From a virus (taxonomy: Duplodnaviria > Caudoviricetes): a stretch of 64,000 nt of DNA. Location: positions 64,001-128,000 of IMG/VR virus record IMGVR_UViG_3300031555_002371; one strand, given 5' to 3'. Both the position numbers and the translations under genes were made by a program. Position 1 is the stretch's first letter; each line of letters starts with the position of its first letter. Positions 19,075 through 28,213 of the stretch are shown here, piece by piece. The notes under the pieces are model-generated. The model was not told the DNA's origin. It was given only the letters and a program-made list of their open reading frames with translations, and made no database searches.

Positions 19075-20919
19075 TTAGTTTATAAATGTTCCATATTCAT
19101 AATTTTCATTTTGTGATACTAAATCTTTTTCTAATTGAGAAGCAAACCAAGAACCATAAGAAATAGAAGTGTATCTATCCTTTCGGTTATTACCTTGTTC
19201 TGAAATAACGATAACTCCTGTTTGTGGTTTCTTTTCATAGAGAAGGGAAGTTGTCTCACTAATTAATGCCTGTGTTTCAAGGAAAGGTGATTCATAAAAG
19301 ATTTGTACTTCTGAATCAGGGGAAGAAATATACTCCTTGATATTCGGTAAAATTTCTTCTCTTGCTTGTTCAAAAGGAACAAGCAAATCAATCTTTTTAC
19401 CCTCTAACACGCGTCTGAAATCTAACGCGATGTCACTATTAAGTTTTTGTACCGCATTAATAGTGTAGATACAAGGCGTTGCTCCTTCAATTCTTATTCT
19501 ATTTGCAATAGCATCATCGTTCATACAAGTCAAAGGTGAGTATTCAATACCCCTTGTCTCATCATACATAACATTTGCAAGTAAATCGTAAATCGCAATA
19601 CCCGCATTTCGTGTATCCAAAACAATGAAATCTGCTCCAAAATCTTCAAACAATTGTCGAATACGAATTGCCTGTTTTGTGGTATCTCCACCTTGAACAG
19701 ATTCAATATAAGACACGATTCGTCTATATCCATTATCAATTTTGATATCCTCGGATGCCTCTCTACTATAAGTTGTGCATTCCGGCAACAACCTAATGCA
19801 AGAGAAAATAGAGTTGTCGTTTTTCTTGTTCTCAATAAACGCCATATCGCAAGAAACAATTCTTACTTCATTTTGCTGTTTATTAATATCATAAGGGTTC
19901 TTTTTGCCCATTTTAAAATCGATGATTGTTCGTGGATAAAAAGCTCGTTTTGTTCGCTGATTTTGCTGAAGCATACTATATGTAAAAAATGCGTGTTCAT
20001 TTTCTCGAACACGCTCATTTAAGAACTCTATTCTCCATGTTAATGGGTCTTGCTTTTTCTTCTCTGTTTGGAAGTACCTCATAGTTTTTATTTTGTGTTT
20101 GATGGCAATAGATTCATCAAACGCAAGCAAACAAGAGGCTTGACCTTTTAGCATTTCATCATATGCTTGGTCAACAATATCCCACATCCAATGTCCATTA
20201 TCAAGCCAGCTTGAAGAAATATAAATATCAACCGTTTCTTCTTCCAACTCGGAAATATTAGCATAATAGTCATCCTTCATATAGGGTGTTTGTCTAATAA
20301 TCTGGAAGGGGGAGAGAATACTATCATCGACAGATTTCTTAATCTGTCTAAATTCTTCTCTTACGATAACATTTGAACGGTATCCACGTCCATTCTCGCT
20401 GGCGGGAACAACTGTAATCGTGCTATGGTTTCTAAAATACACAATTACTTCGTTTTGGTTATCTTTTACTTTATGAATTTCTTTTCGTAGAGCAGGGGAG
20501 AGATTCATCAATTCTTTCTGAATTTTCTCAGATACCAAAAGTTTCGATTGCCCCTTGGTAGCGCTCGAAAGGACGATTAATGAATTGGGATATAAAATAC
20601 ATCTACAACACGCATATAGCGCAATGATAAATGATTTTGCAGAGGCACGACTTGCAATTACAACAATAAACTGATTAATGCCCATGAGGTACAACATAAT
20701 TATCTGATACCAATGCAATGTAATTCCCAGATAATCTATTGCAAATCGATGTAAGTTTCTGCGGAAAAAAGTGACCCACTGAATAAAGTGGTCTACATTT
20801 TTGGGTGTTCCTAAAAATGAGGTTGGCGAAAACTTTTTATGTAACTCGCTCTGCCTATCGTCGGCATTGCGGTTTTTGTAATATTTATGAGTAGTATTAC
20901 TCGTCGTCCGCAAAGCCAT
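19075..20919 (-). CDS. Terminase large subunit (alternative start 20934)
   Basis: Walker A-like ASRASAKS, RGYRSN, YISS, nuclease SCDMA..NDNS..KDRYTS. Confidence 0.9.
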   Translation of the reverse strand: MALRTTSNTTHKYYKNRNADDRQSELHKKFSPTSFLGTPKNVDHFIQWVTFFRRNLHRFAIDYLGITLHWYQIIMLYLMGINQFIVVIASRASAKSFIIALYACCRCILYPNSLIVLSSATKGQSKLLVSEKIQKELMNLSPALRKEIHKVKDNQNEVIVYFRNHSTITVVPASENGRGYRSNVIVREEFRQIKKSVDDSILSPFQIIRQTPYMKDDYYANISELEEETVDIYISSSWLDNGHWMWDIVDQAYDEMLKGQASCLLAFDESIAIKHKIKTMRYFQTEKKKQDPLTWRIEFLNERVRENEHAFFTYSMLQQNQRTKRAFYPRTIIDFKMGKKNPYDINKQQNEVRIVSCDMAFIENKKNDNSIFSCIRLLPECTTYSREASEDIKIDNGYRRIVSYIESVQGGDTTKQAIRIRQLFEDFGADFIVLDTRNAGIAIYDLLANVMYDETRGIEYSPLTCMNDDAIANRIRIEGATPCIYTINAVQKLNSDIALDFRRVLEGKKIDLLVPFEQAREEILPNIKEYISSPDSEVQIFYESPFLETQALISETTSLLYEKKPQTGVIVISEQGNNRKDRYTSISYGSWFASQLEKDLVSQNENYEYGTFIN

Positions 20920-21796
20920 CAGTTTCTTCCTCATCTTTTACAAAGAATTCCTCATCTCTGTCTTTTGTTCCCTGCATGAGGTTTCGTAAAGGTCTTAACA
21001 AGAATCTTGTGATATAATCTCCAATATTATCGTGATCTTTATATAAACTCCGATTCTTGTAATACTCAGCAGGAGTATATTTTTCTATGGTTTCTGCATT
21101 AACACCAATTGTAAAATCTTCCATTGTATTTGTATCTTTAACAGTTTTAAAACCTGCTTGCTTAAAAGATTTAATATATGATTCTGTTAACTTTTTGTAA
21201 TCATCCACTCGACTCTCACGAATAGCTTTTAATTGTTGCATTTTTGTGTAACAAAGGTCTGTAATAAATATCTCTGCGTTACTATCGCACTGAGGGTTAG
21301 AATTTGAAAGCAAACGATAGTGACTATTTAAAACATCATAATCCGCTGGATCAAGTCCGACACCCCACTTTTCAATATCTTTTGGGTCTATTGAATTAGA
21401 ATCATCATCTTCCTCTTTAACAACATGTTTTGGAGTTATTTTGTTATCAAAGAAATCAAATCCTTCTTTAATGGTTGTATCAAAAGTTTTTCCTTTGCAC
21501 TGCACCATATTAAGTTTTCTAAAATACTTACCAATCAATGTATTGTCATCATCACAAGAATTAAACATATCATCGTTATAATACAAGTCATAAGCCATAC
21601 ACAGACGTTTAAATGCTTTTTTGCTACTTTGATATTCGTCTCTATATATCTTGAATTCTTGCTCGAAACAGTTTTTACACGTTGGCAAATGTCCTGTTCC
21701 GGCATACAATCTGCTATAACTCTTGTAAAACTGAGACGAAAGTAATGCATCGCTACACTGATAGCAAATACACAAATCGTTATTATCTTTTGGCAT
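20897..21796 (-). CDS. Putative terminase small subunit/Zn-finger protein
   Basis: CxxC..CxxC N-terminus, KWG motif, directly upstream of terL. Confidence 0.55.
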   Translation of the reverse strand: MPKDNNDLCICYQCSDALLSSQFYKSYSRLYAGTGHLPTCKNCFEQEFKIYRDEYQSSKKAFKRLCMAYDLYYNDDMFNSCDDDNTLIGKYFRKLNMVQCKGKTFDTTIKEGFDFFDNKITPKHVVKEEDDDSNSIDPKDIEKWGVGLDPADYDVLNSHYRLLSNSNPQCDSNAEIFITDLCYTKMQQLKAIRESRVDDYKKLTESYIKSFKQAGFKTVKDTNTMEDFTIGVNAETIEKYTPAEYYKNRSLYKDHDNIGDYITRFLLRPLRNLMQGTKDRDEEFFVKDEEETDGFADDE

Positions 21797-21815
21797 ACTT
21801 GCCACCTTCTTTCAA

Positions 21816-22073
21816 CTAATTTATTTTGTAGCAACTATTGTAGAGCGCATCCTTAGATAATACGCTCTTTTTATAAGCTATCACATTCATCAAATTTATC
21901 CGGCTCAACAATGTGAGATAAATCATGTTTAAATGAAAAATCACAACATCATAAAAGATTACTCCTTTAGGAAAACGGCTTTTCAAAATGATAGCAAAAT
22001 AAAACCAATTCCCATTCAACCAATTAGAGTCGTTTGGGAATTTTCTTTTGATAAATTCAATTATATTGTTCAT
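21816..22073 (-). pseudogene. Degraded small phage gene
   Basis: Coding-like N-terminus, then a more protein-like continuation in another frame with two TAA stops (VEPDKFDECDSL*KERII*GC). Confidence 0.4.
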
Positions 22074-22085
22074 ATAACCCCTATG

Positions 22086-22161
22086 TGGTTGCGGAGGTGG
22101 GATTTGAACCCACGTCCTCCAGGCTTATGAGACCGGCAAGCTACCGCTGCTCTACTCCGCA
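22086..22161 (-). tRNA. tRNA-Met(CAT), initiator-like, atypical anticodon stem
   Basis: TGCGGAG/CTCCGCA acceptor, GAGC/GCTT D stem, CTCATAA loop, TTCAAAT, CCA. Confidence 0.9.
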
Positions 22162-22247
22162 ATATAAAAGCCCTGCCATAGCTAATCTACGACAGGGCGG
22201 ATTTTATTTAAAAATTCATCCAAAATAGTTTTGATGTTATATAAATA

Positions 22248-22727
22248 TTATAAAGTTTTATCATTTCTGATGCAAAAGCAACAATCGTTGCAACAGTCTC
22301 CACAACCGCTATTCTCAATGGTTACTTCATCAGAATCTACAAAATGTAATTCATAACATTTTTTATCTTGATACTGCATCATAACCGACGCATGAGCATC
22401 GCTATCAAATAAATATACATCCGCTTCGTTATATGCATAACCAGCAGAATGAGTTTCGTCGCCTTTATTCCATGCGGGAGCGATATCCAATACCATGTCA
22501 GAATCAATTGTTACATAATATTCGCGGTCATATCTATTATAATCTTTGTTCTGCAAATGAATGCTTCCAAGTTGGATATCATCATAAAACGAGAGTTTTC
22601 TGAATAGTTCAAATGCTTGCTCGTAAGATAAAACGCAGCAAACTACGCATCCAAGGTCGGCTATATCATACATCAAATCACCCAATTTTTCATAATCGGG
22701 CGTATTAATAATATTAATTGCTTTCAT
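22248..22727 (-). CDS. Hypothetical protein
   Basis: 159 aa, RBS GAGG, Cys-rich tail. Confidence 0.7.
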   Translation of the reverse strand: MKAINIINTPDYEKLGDLMYDIADLGCVVCCVLSYEQAFELFRKLSFYDDIQLGSIHLQNKDYNRYDREYYVTIDSDMVLDIAPAWNKGDETHSAGYAYNEADVYLFDSDAHASVMMQYQDKKCYELHFVDSDEVTIENSGCGDCCNDCCFCIRNDKTL

Positions 22728-22736
22728 TGAACTACC

Positions 22737-23030
22737 TCACTTTTCATTAACGGCGTCTCTAACCGCTTTGCTTACTCTACATTTAACAGATTTTACAGGT
22801 GGATAAGTTACGGTTTCACCAGTCTTTAAATCTTTTCCCTCTCGCTCGGCACGTTCAATAATCTCGAAACTCATAAAATTCTTCAATACGAGTTTGTCGC
22901 CTCGAACCAATAAATCAATAATTTCTTCGATACAAGCATCAACAACTTGTTCGCAAGTTTCAATGGAGATATTATTGGTTTTGGCGGATATGTTTCTTAC
23001 TAATTTGGTTTTCCCAATAGTTTCTCCCAT
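22737..23030 (-). CDS. HU/IHF-like DNA-binding protein
   Basis: GDKLVLKNFMSFEIIERAEREGKDLKTGE..PPVKSVKCRVSK pattern. Confidence 0.85.
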   Translation of the reverse strand: MGETIGKTKLVRNISAKTNNISIETCEQVVDACIEEIIDLLVRGDKLVLKNFMSFEIIERAEREGKDLKTGETVTYPPVKSVKCRVSKAVRDAVNEK

Positions 23031-23051
23031 TCTTTATCTCCTTTTCTTTCT

Positions 23052-24020
23052 TTAATTCAAGACAATAATTTTTGATTTATCTTGAATTAGGTTGCCATTA
23101 TCGTCTTGGCAAATAATCGCAAATCCAGACTTTTGAGGTTTGGAAAGGCGACCATCCATATAATCCATTTTCTTTACATCAGCAAAAGCACCTTGTTCAA
23201 AAAGGCGGATAAAACCTTTTGTTGTATCTCCAACGGCGTGTGTATGAGCCATGCACACACAATCAAATTCGTCATGAATAATGTCTTGTAAATAATCTTT
23301 GGCTTTCTCTGCGGTTGCTAACGTGCCAGAGCGATAAGCTAACGGATGAACAAAATATGTTTTTCCGATTTTGCATTTCCAATCATCGACATATTCAATC
23401 TCTACATCTTCAAAAACATTACACAAAGGTTCATACCAAACCTTGGATTTGCTACGCTTATCATAGTGATGAAAACCATCGACAAAGATCAATTCAAGGG
23501 ATGTGTCGGGCAATAATTCCAAGATATCGGAATCTAAATTTTTTGCAAAATATGTAGCAAATCGTTTATCATGATTTCCATAATTGCATACAACCTTTTT
23601 AGGATGTATATATTCTATGAGGTCAATTAAATATTGTCTTCCTTGAATCATTTCTTCCATTGGTGAGATTCTATACTGCTTGCTAAATTTAGAAAGAGCT
23701 TGACAATCTACAACGTCACCATTGATTTGTAATATGTCAATCTTATTTCTATATTCGCTTAAAATCTTATAATCAAGTTGAAAAGGAATATGTAAATCAG
23801 AAATCGATAAGATAGTCGTTGCTACTCCGTTTGATTTCTCGGATTCAATAATCTCGATTAGGCGTTTCATTCCATAAAGTCTTTTGCGAACTTCCGATTC
23901 ATTAAAGCAGTTGCCCTCACCAAAAAGATATTCACTTAATTCTTCATACGGAGTATTGTCAGTCTTGTAAATTAATTTGTTTTCAACTAACGCTTTGACG
24001 TCTCTATATGTAATTTCTAT
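23052..24020 (-). CDS. Calcineurin-like metallophosphoesterase (probable ATA start)
   Basis: SDLH, NGDVVD, GNHD, AHTH; frame open 50 codons upstream of 23870 to ATA 24020 with AGGAG RBS. Confidence 0.85.
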   Translation of the reverse strand: MEITYRDVKALVENKLIYKTDNTPYEELSEYLFGEGNCFNESEVRKRLYGMKRLIEIIESEKSNGVATTILSISDLHIPFQLDYKILSEYRNKIDILQINGDVVDCQALSKFSKQYRISPMEEMIQGRQYLIDLIEYIHPKKVVCNYGNHDKRFATYFAKNLDSDILELLPDTSLELIFVDGFHHYDKRSKSKVWYEPLCNVFEDVEIEYVDDWKCKIGKTYFVHPLAYRSGTLATAEKAKDYLQDIIHDEFDCVCMAHTHAVGDTTKGFIRLFEQGAFADVKKMDYMDGRLSKPQKSGFAIICQDDNGNLIQDKSKIIVLN

Positions 24021-24046
24021 CTTTCTCGCTCCTTTTCTTTTTGGCT

Positions 24047-24682
24047 TTATAAAATATCATCTAACGTACAGTCTTCACCGACAATATGAGTAGTTACGCC
24101 GAGCTTCTTTGCCTCTGCCGGGTAGAAGTACCATTCTTTTCTATAATTTTCGAGATACTGTTCTCTCGTGATATTGGTTCTTGAAATAATATACTGCTGA
24201 GTGTGCTGTTCCATCTGACCTGTTTCAAATTCAACTCTATCTTTAAGTTTGCTCATAGAGTCCCAAGCCATAGAATTACCGTCATGGCAAAGATATGTGG
24301 CACTTGGCATACTATATCTGCGCTCTCCGGCAATATAAATCAAAAATCCCATGCTATATGCAATTCCCAGATTCACGGTATATATAGGTGTCGTAGATGT
24401 AAGAATCGCATCAATAAGTCCATAACCATCAGTAACATTACCCCCTGGCGAGTTGATGTAAATAATAATCGGTTTTCGCTCATTAATGGGGATACCCTTA
24501 TCAAGACGGTTATATCTCAAAATGTGATATACAGCCCCATCGATAATACTCTCATCGATTTCTGTATTGATGTATAATCTTCTATTTTTAACATCTTCCA
24601 TTTCAAATTTGTCTTCATAACAATAAGAAAACACCTCTTTAATTTCAGATGTTCTTTTATTTTTAATTTTCTTGTCTTCCAT
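24047..24682 (-). CDS. clpP: ClpP-like protease
   Basis: YINSPGG, AYSMG (Ser), CHDG (His), EAKKLG. Confidence 0.85.
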   Translation of the reverse strand: MEDKKIKNKRTSEIKEVFSYCYEDKFEMEDVKNRRLYINTEIDESIIDGAVYHILRYNRLDKGIPINERKPIIIYINSPGGNVTDGYGLIDAILTSTTPIYTVNLGIAYSMGFLIYIAGERRYSMPSATYLCHDGNSMAWDSMSKLKDRVEFETGQMEQHTQQYIISRTNITREQYLENYRKEWYFYPAEAKKLGVTTHIVGEDCTLDDIL

Positions 24683-24694
24683 TTCTCTTTCTCC

Positions 24695-26137
24695 TTAAAG
24701 ATTGATAATTAAACCTCGATATGCGCTTACAACTTTATATGTTTTATCATTCTTTGAGATAGCATTAGAAAGTTGTTTAACAAGGCAATGTTTGCTCTTA
24801 TCAGAGCCGTGAACAAGAACAATTTTATTCGTGTTTAAAGAACTACCATATTTCACAAGGTCTGCATTACTTGCATGACTACTAAATGTAGATAAGGTAA
24901 TGCAATCCGCTCTATTTGAAATTTTCTCTTTGTTAATAGAGATAAATTTATGCTCTCGATAATTTTTGATTCGATAAGACAAATATGATGGGTTGTCTCC
25001 TGTATATCCAGAAAAAATAATTGTACTATTTACATCTTTGAGGTATCGTTTGAGATAACTTACAATTCGACCATTAGTACAGAATCCAGAAGATGAAATA
25101 ATAATCTTTGGGATAGGATTTGCAACGACCCCCGTAGATTCGGTTTTGTCGGATACAAACTTGACATTTTCCCACGAACATACTTCTTGCCATTTTTTCA
25201 AATCAGCTTTTGTGAGCAAACTTGAATAAAGATTGCTAATATCACAACTTAATTTAGAATCAACAAAAATAGGGGTGACAAAATCTTTATCACCACCAAA
25301 AATATCAAAAATAGTAGTCAGTAATTCTTGTGTTCTACTAAAACTAAAACAGGGTAAAATTACAGTTCCTTTTCTTTCAAGCGTTGTTTCAATAGCGCAT
25401 TTCAAACGAGAGATGTCAAACTCTCTGGTTTTCTTTGATATTCTTGATGAATCTCCATATGTTGACTCCATAATAACCACATCGTTAAACATCGATGGGA
25501 TTTCAGTATTAGGAACATAATGATTTTCGGTTTTTAACGAACCGATGTCTGATGTATAAAGAACACGCTTCTTTTGATTTCCGTCGGATAAGATTAATTG
25601 TATTTGTGCAGCTCCAACACAATGAGAGTTGTTAAGCAACTGAAAACTCAAATTGTTATTCAACTTAAAAACCTTGTTATATTCTCTATATGTATCAATT
25701 AGCCTAAAAGTTTCATACACATCATCTTCGTCGTATAATGGCTGATAATCACGTTTATAACGCTTTGATAAAACCCTTGCTTCATCTTGAACAATTGCGC
25801 ATGAATTCAACAATAGAGGCTTCATAATTTTTGCAGTATTTTCGGTTGCAATAATTCTACCTCTAAAGCCATGTTTTACAAGTCTTGGCAAAAGACCGCA
25901 ATGGTCAATATGTGGATGGGCAACAAATACATAATCGATTTCAGAAGGTTTGAACTTAAATTTCTCCGTGTTTATTTTATATGAGTCCAAATAATCATTA
26001 CTCTGCGATTGATGCAATCCACACTCTAATAAACACTGTGTGTCACCATATCTTATTAAATACTGTGAGCCGGTAACATCTTCCGATGCCTTTCCAATAA
26101 AATGAATTCCATTAGTTTTTAATTTTTTCTTCGCCAT
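24695..26137 (-). CDS. MBL-fold beta-CASP ribonuclease
   Basis: HPHIDH, SHCVG, TSDIG, MESTYG, RTQEL, FSSHA, LVHG. Confidence 0.9.
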   Translation of the reverse strand: MAKKKLKTNGIHFIGKASEDVTGSQYLIRYGDTQCLLECGLHQSQSNDYLDSYKINTEKFKFKPSEIDYVFVAHPHIDHCGLLPRLVKHGFRGRIIATENTAKIMKPLLLNSCAIVQDEARVLSKRYKRDYQPLYDEDDVYETFRLIDTYREYNKVFKLNNNLSFQLLNNSHCVGAAQIQLILSDGNQKKRVLYTSDIGSLKTENHYVPNTEIPSMFNDVVIMESTYGDSSRISKKTREFDISRLKCAIETTLERKGTVILPCFSFSRTQELLTTIFDIFGGDKDFVTPIFVDSKLSCDISNLYSSLLTKADLKKWQEVCSWENVKFVSDKTESTGVVANPIPKIIISSSGFCTNGRIVSYLKRYLKDVNSTIIFSGYTGDNPSYLSYRIKNYREHKFISINKEKISNRADCITLSTFSSHASNADLVKYGSSLNTNKIVLVHGSDKSKHCLVKQLSNAISKNDKTYKVVSAYRGLIINL

Positions 26138-26315
26138 ATGAACCTCGCACTAAATTATGAGCTATATCAGCATATTCATCCATGATGTATCTCCTGTGCT
26201 TGGTTTTGGTGTAACTGACAAGAGAACCATTTTTATCGATTACGCCTCTTTCAGTTGATGTCAAAATTTTTTCTTTAAGAAGTAAATCCATTTCTTCTCT
26301 TGTAATCTCTTTCAA
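26112..26315 (-). CDS. Hypothetical protein
   Basis: 67 aa, TTG start, RBS AAGGA. Confidence 0.55.
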   Translation of the reverse strand: MKEITREEMDLLLKEKILTSTERGVIDKNGSLVSYTKTKHRRYIMDEYADIAHNLVRGSYGEEKIKN

Positions 26316-26393
26316 ATGGTTTATACCATCCTTTGCTTTTAAATTAACGACCCGACTGGTTGTGCATCGTTGAGAGGCGTGTCGGGTTCTGTT

Positions 26394-26468
26394 TGGAGCT
26401 GGCGATAGGAGTCGAACCTACAACCTGCTGATTACAAGTCAGCTGCTCTGCCATTGAGCCACGCCAGC
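26394..26468 (-). tRNA. tRNA-Thr(TGT)
   Basis: Cloverleaf, loop CTTGTAA, TTCGA, CCA. Confidence 0.95.
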
Positions 26469-26529
26469 ATATAACATTCGCTATAACCCGAATGTTTACC
26501 TCGTGAGAGGGTTTGCTTTTCGCAATGAT

Positions 26530-26606
26530 TGGTGATGGCAACGGGAATTGAACCCATATTACGACCTTGAAAGGGTCGTGTCCTATACCGTTTAGACGAT
26601 GCCACC
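26530..26606 (-). tRNA. tRNA-Glu(TTC)
   Basis: CGACC-CTTTCAA-GGTCG, TTCAA, CCA. Confidence 0.93.
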
Positions 26607-26609
26607 ATT

Positions 26610-26685
26610 TGGCTCTCTGTGTAGGCATCGAACCTACTACCCACTGGTTAACAGCCAGTTGCTCTACCGATTGAGCTAACAGAGA
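26610..26685 (-). tRNA. tRNA-Asn(GTT)
   Basis: ACTGG-CTGTTAA-CCAGT, TTCGA, CCA. Confidence 0.95.
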
Positions 26686-26868
26686 ATATAGAGATATGCG
26701 AACATATCTTATAATGCTTTTCTTTCAGATTTCTCCTATTCGAGAATTGGTTCAACACTAACCATTTTTGCCAAACCCTACGCTATCACTTCCTCGACCA
26801 AGCAATAGTCATCATCGGTTGACAACATCTCATGTATGTTGTCTTGTCGGCATACCGACCCTGGCTGT

Positions 26869-26943
26869 TGGCGACTCATAAGGGAATCGAACCCATATCT
26901 TCGGAGAGACAGTCCGATGTAATAGCCTTTATACCAATGAGCC
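26869..26943 (-). tRNA. tRNA-Asp(GTC)
   Basis: TCGGA-CTGTCTC-TCCGA, TTCGA, CCA. Confidence 0.92.
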
Positions 26944-26952
26944 ATATATTTG

Positions 26953-27039
26953 TGGTGGGTAGGGTAGGATTTGAACCTACGAAGCCGTAAGGCAACGGTT
27001 TTACAGACCGCCCGCTTTGAACCACTTGCATACCTACCC
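26953..27039 (-). tRNA. tRNA-Tyr(GTA)
   Basis: GCGGT-CTGTAAA-ACCGT, long variable arm, TTCAA, CCA. Confidence 0.95.
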
Positions 27040-27043
27040 GTAA

Positions 27044-27498
27044 ATTAACCGCTATATAGAAAACTAAAACATCATATCAATCCAACCAATTTATCTGTTA
27101 AACGCATAAGCGTGTTATAAAAAGAAAATCATTGTTGAAAAAACTATTCTTTTTTTTCAAAATCATTAAAAATTTTAATTAAATCAGAAAACGATGGTTG
27201 CAACGATGGTTGATATAGAGAATTGATGTATTGTGGTAATAGTGGTTGTTGGATAGCTTGATGTTAGAAGAATGCACTTGCTTTTCGCTGAACGAACCTT
27301 TTTTTTGAATATTTGACACCCCATAATCAAATCATATCATCTAAACTTACTATTAGTAGAATTTATGTATCAGCATTAAATGTAAAACATTTACGAGAAG
27401 ATATTAAGCATACCTTTGGCTATGCAGCATTACACTTCATCTGCACACGAAGCGATTGAAATCAACAATCTGTTTCAGTTCTCTATATAGCGGTTAAT
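27044..27498 (-). ncRNA. Putative large structured ncRNA of unknown family
   Basis: 28-bp closing stem 27471-98/27044-71 whose two DNA mismatches are G.U pairs on the minus strand; no ORF inside; internal CAACCAUCGUU repeats. Confidence 0.65.
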
Positions 27499-27580
27499 CG
27501 TGGAAATTGAGGAATCAATGTTTATTTCTTCAAAACCAATTGAACGTAGAAGGATGATTCCTCATAGCCACATAATATTT

Positions 27581-28213
27581 TTAATTTTTAGATACTTTCC
27601 ATTTTTCAATCGCATCCTCAAGGTTGTCGCCAATGTCGAGTTCGGTTTCGTACTCAACCATTGTTTCAAGCTGCATAACATCAATCTTGGTCGATGTATC
27701 ATCAAGTTCTTTACGAAGGCGATTTGCGATTGCCTTAACTTTATTTCTGTCGAAATCAATTGTAGTTACTTCTTTGATGTCGTAACAATATACGGTCTGA
27801 TTACCCTCACCGTTAAACTTGGTAGCCTTACCAGTTGTAATGGTTTCGGACGCCTTAATGTTAGCCATAGCGACTAATCTATTAAGAAGCATTCTCTTAC
27901 GATTATTAACTGCAATCATGCCATCAAAATCATGACCATTTGCGGTTTTTGCCTTGTTGATAGCAATAGTCAACTTCTCGGACTCATCCTGAAGATAACA
28001 AGCAAAATCAATAAGCTCTCCAACATTGGATGCACAATCGGTCATCTTTGGCTTTACGATTGTTTCATCCTCTGCTTCGGCAAATGCTTTCTTACGCATA
28101 TGCTCCTGTGTAACAATGGTGATGTTAGCGGGATAGCCAAGAATCACAATGATTTCATCAGATAACTTTTTCAAATAATTCTGCACTTCAAAACTTTTCT
28201 TTAATGTAATCAC
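27581..28213 (-). CDS. Coiled-coil hypothetical protein upstream of the ncRNA
   Basis: 210 aa, GTG start, RBS AAGGAG; YCYDIKEVTTIDFDRNKVK. Confidence 0.8.
   Translation of the reverse strand: MITLKKSFEVQNYLKKLSDEIIVILGYPANITIVTQEHMRKKAFAEAEDETIVKPKMTDCASNVGELIDFACYLQDESEKLTIAINKAKTANGHDFDGMIAVNNRKRMLLNRLVAMANIKASETITTGKATKFNGEGNQTVYCYDIKEVTTIDFDRNKVKAIANRLRKELDDTSTKIDVMQLETMVEYETELDIGDNLEDAIEKWKVSKN

Noticed and set aside
26344-26644. ORFs over the tRNA cluster
   Set aside because: They overlap well-formed tRNAs
26715-26866. Theta/HDV-like or hammerhead ribozyme after tRNA-Asp
   Set aside because: Could not fit the nested double pseudoknot or a CUGANGA/GAAA core
27044-27498. MITE/transposon reading of the 28-bp inverted repeat
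   Set aside because: No clear target-site duplication or transposase; mismatches are strand-specific G.U pairs
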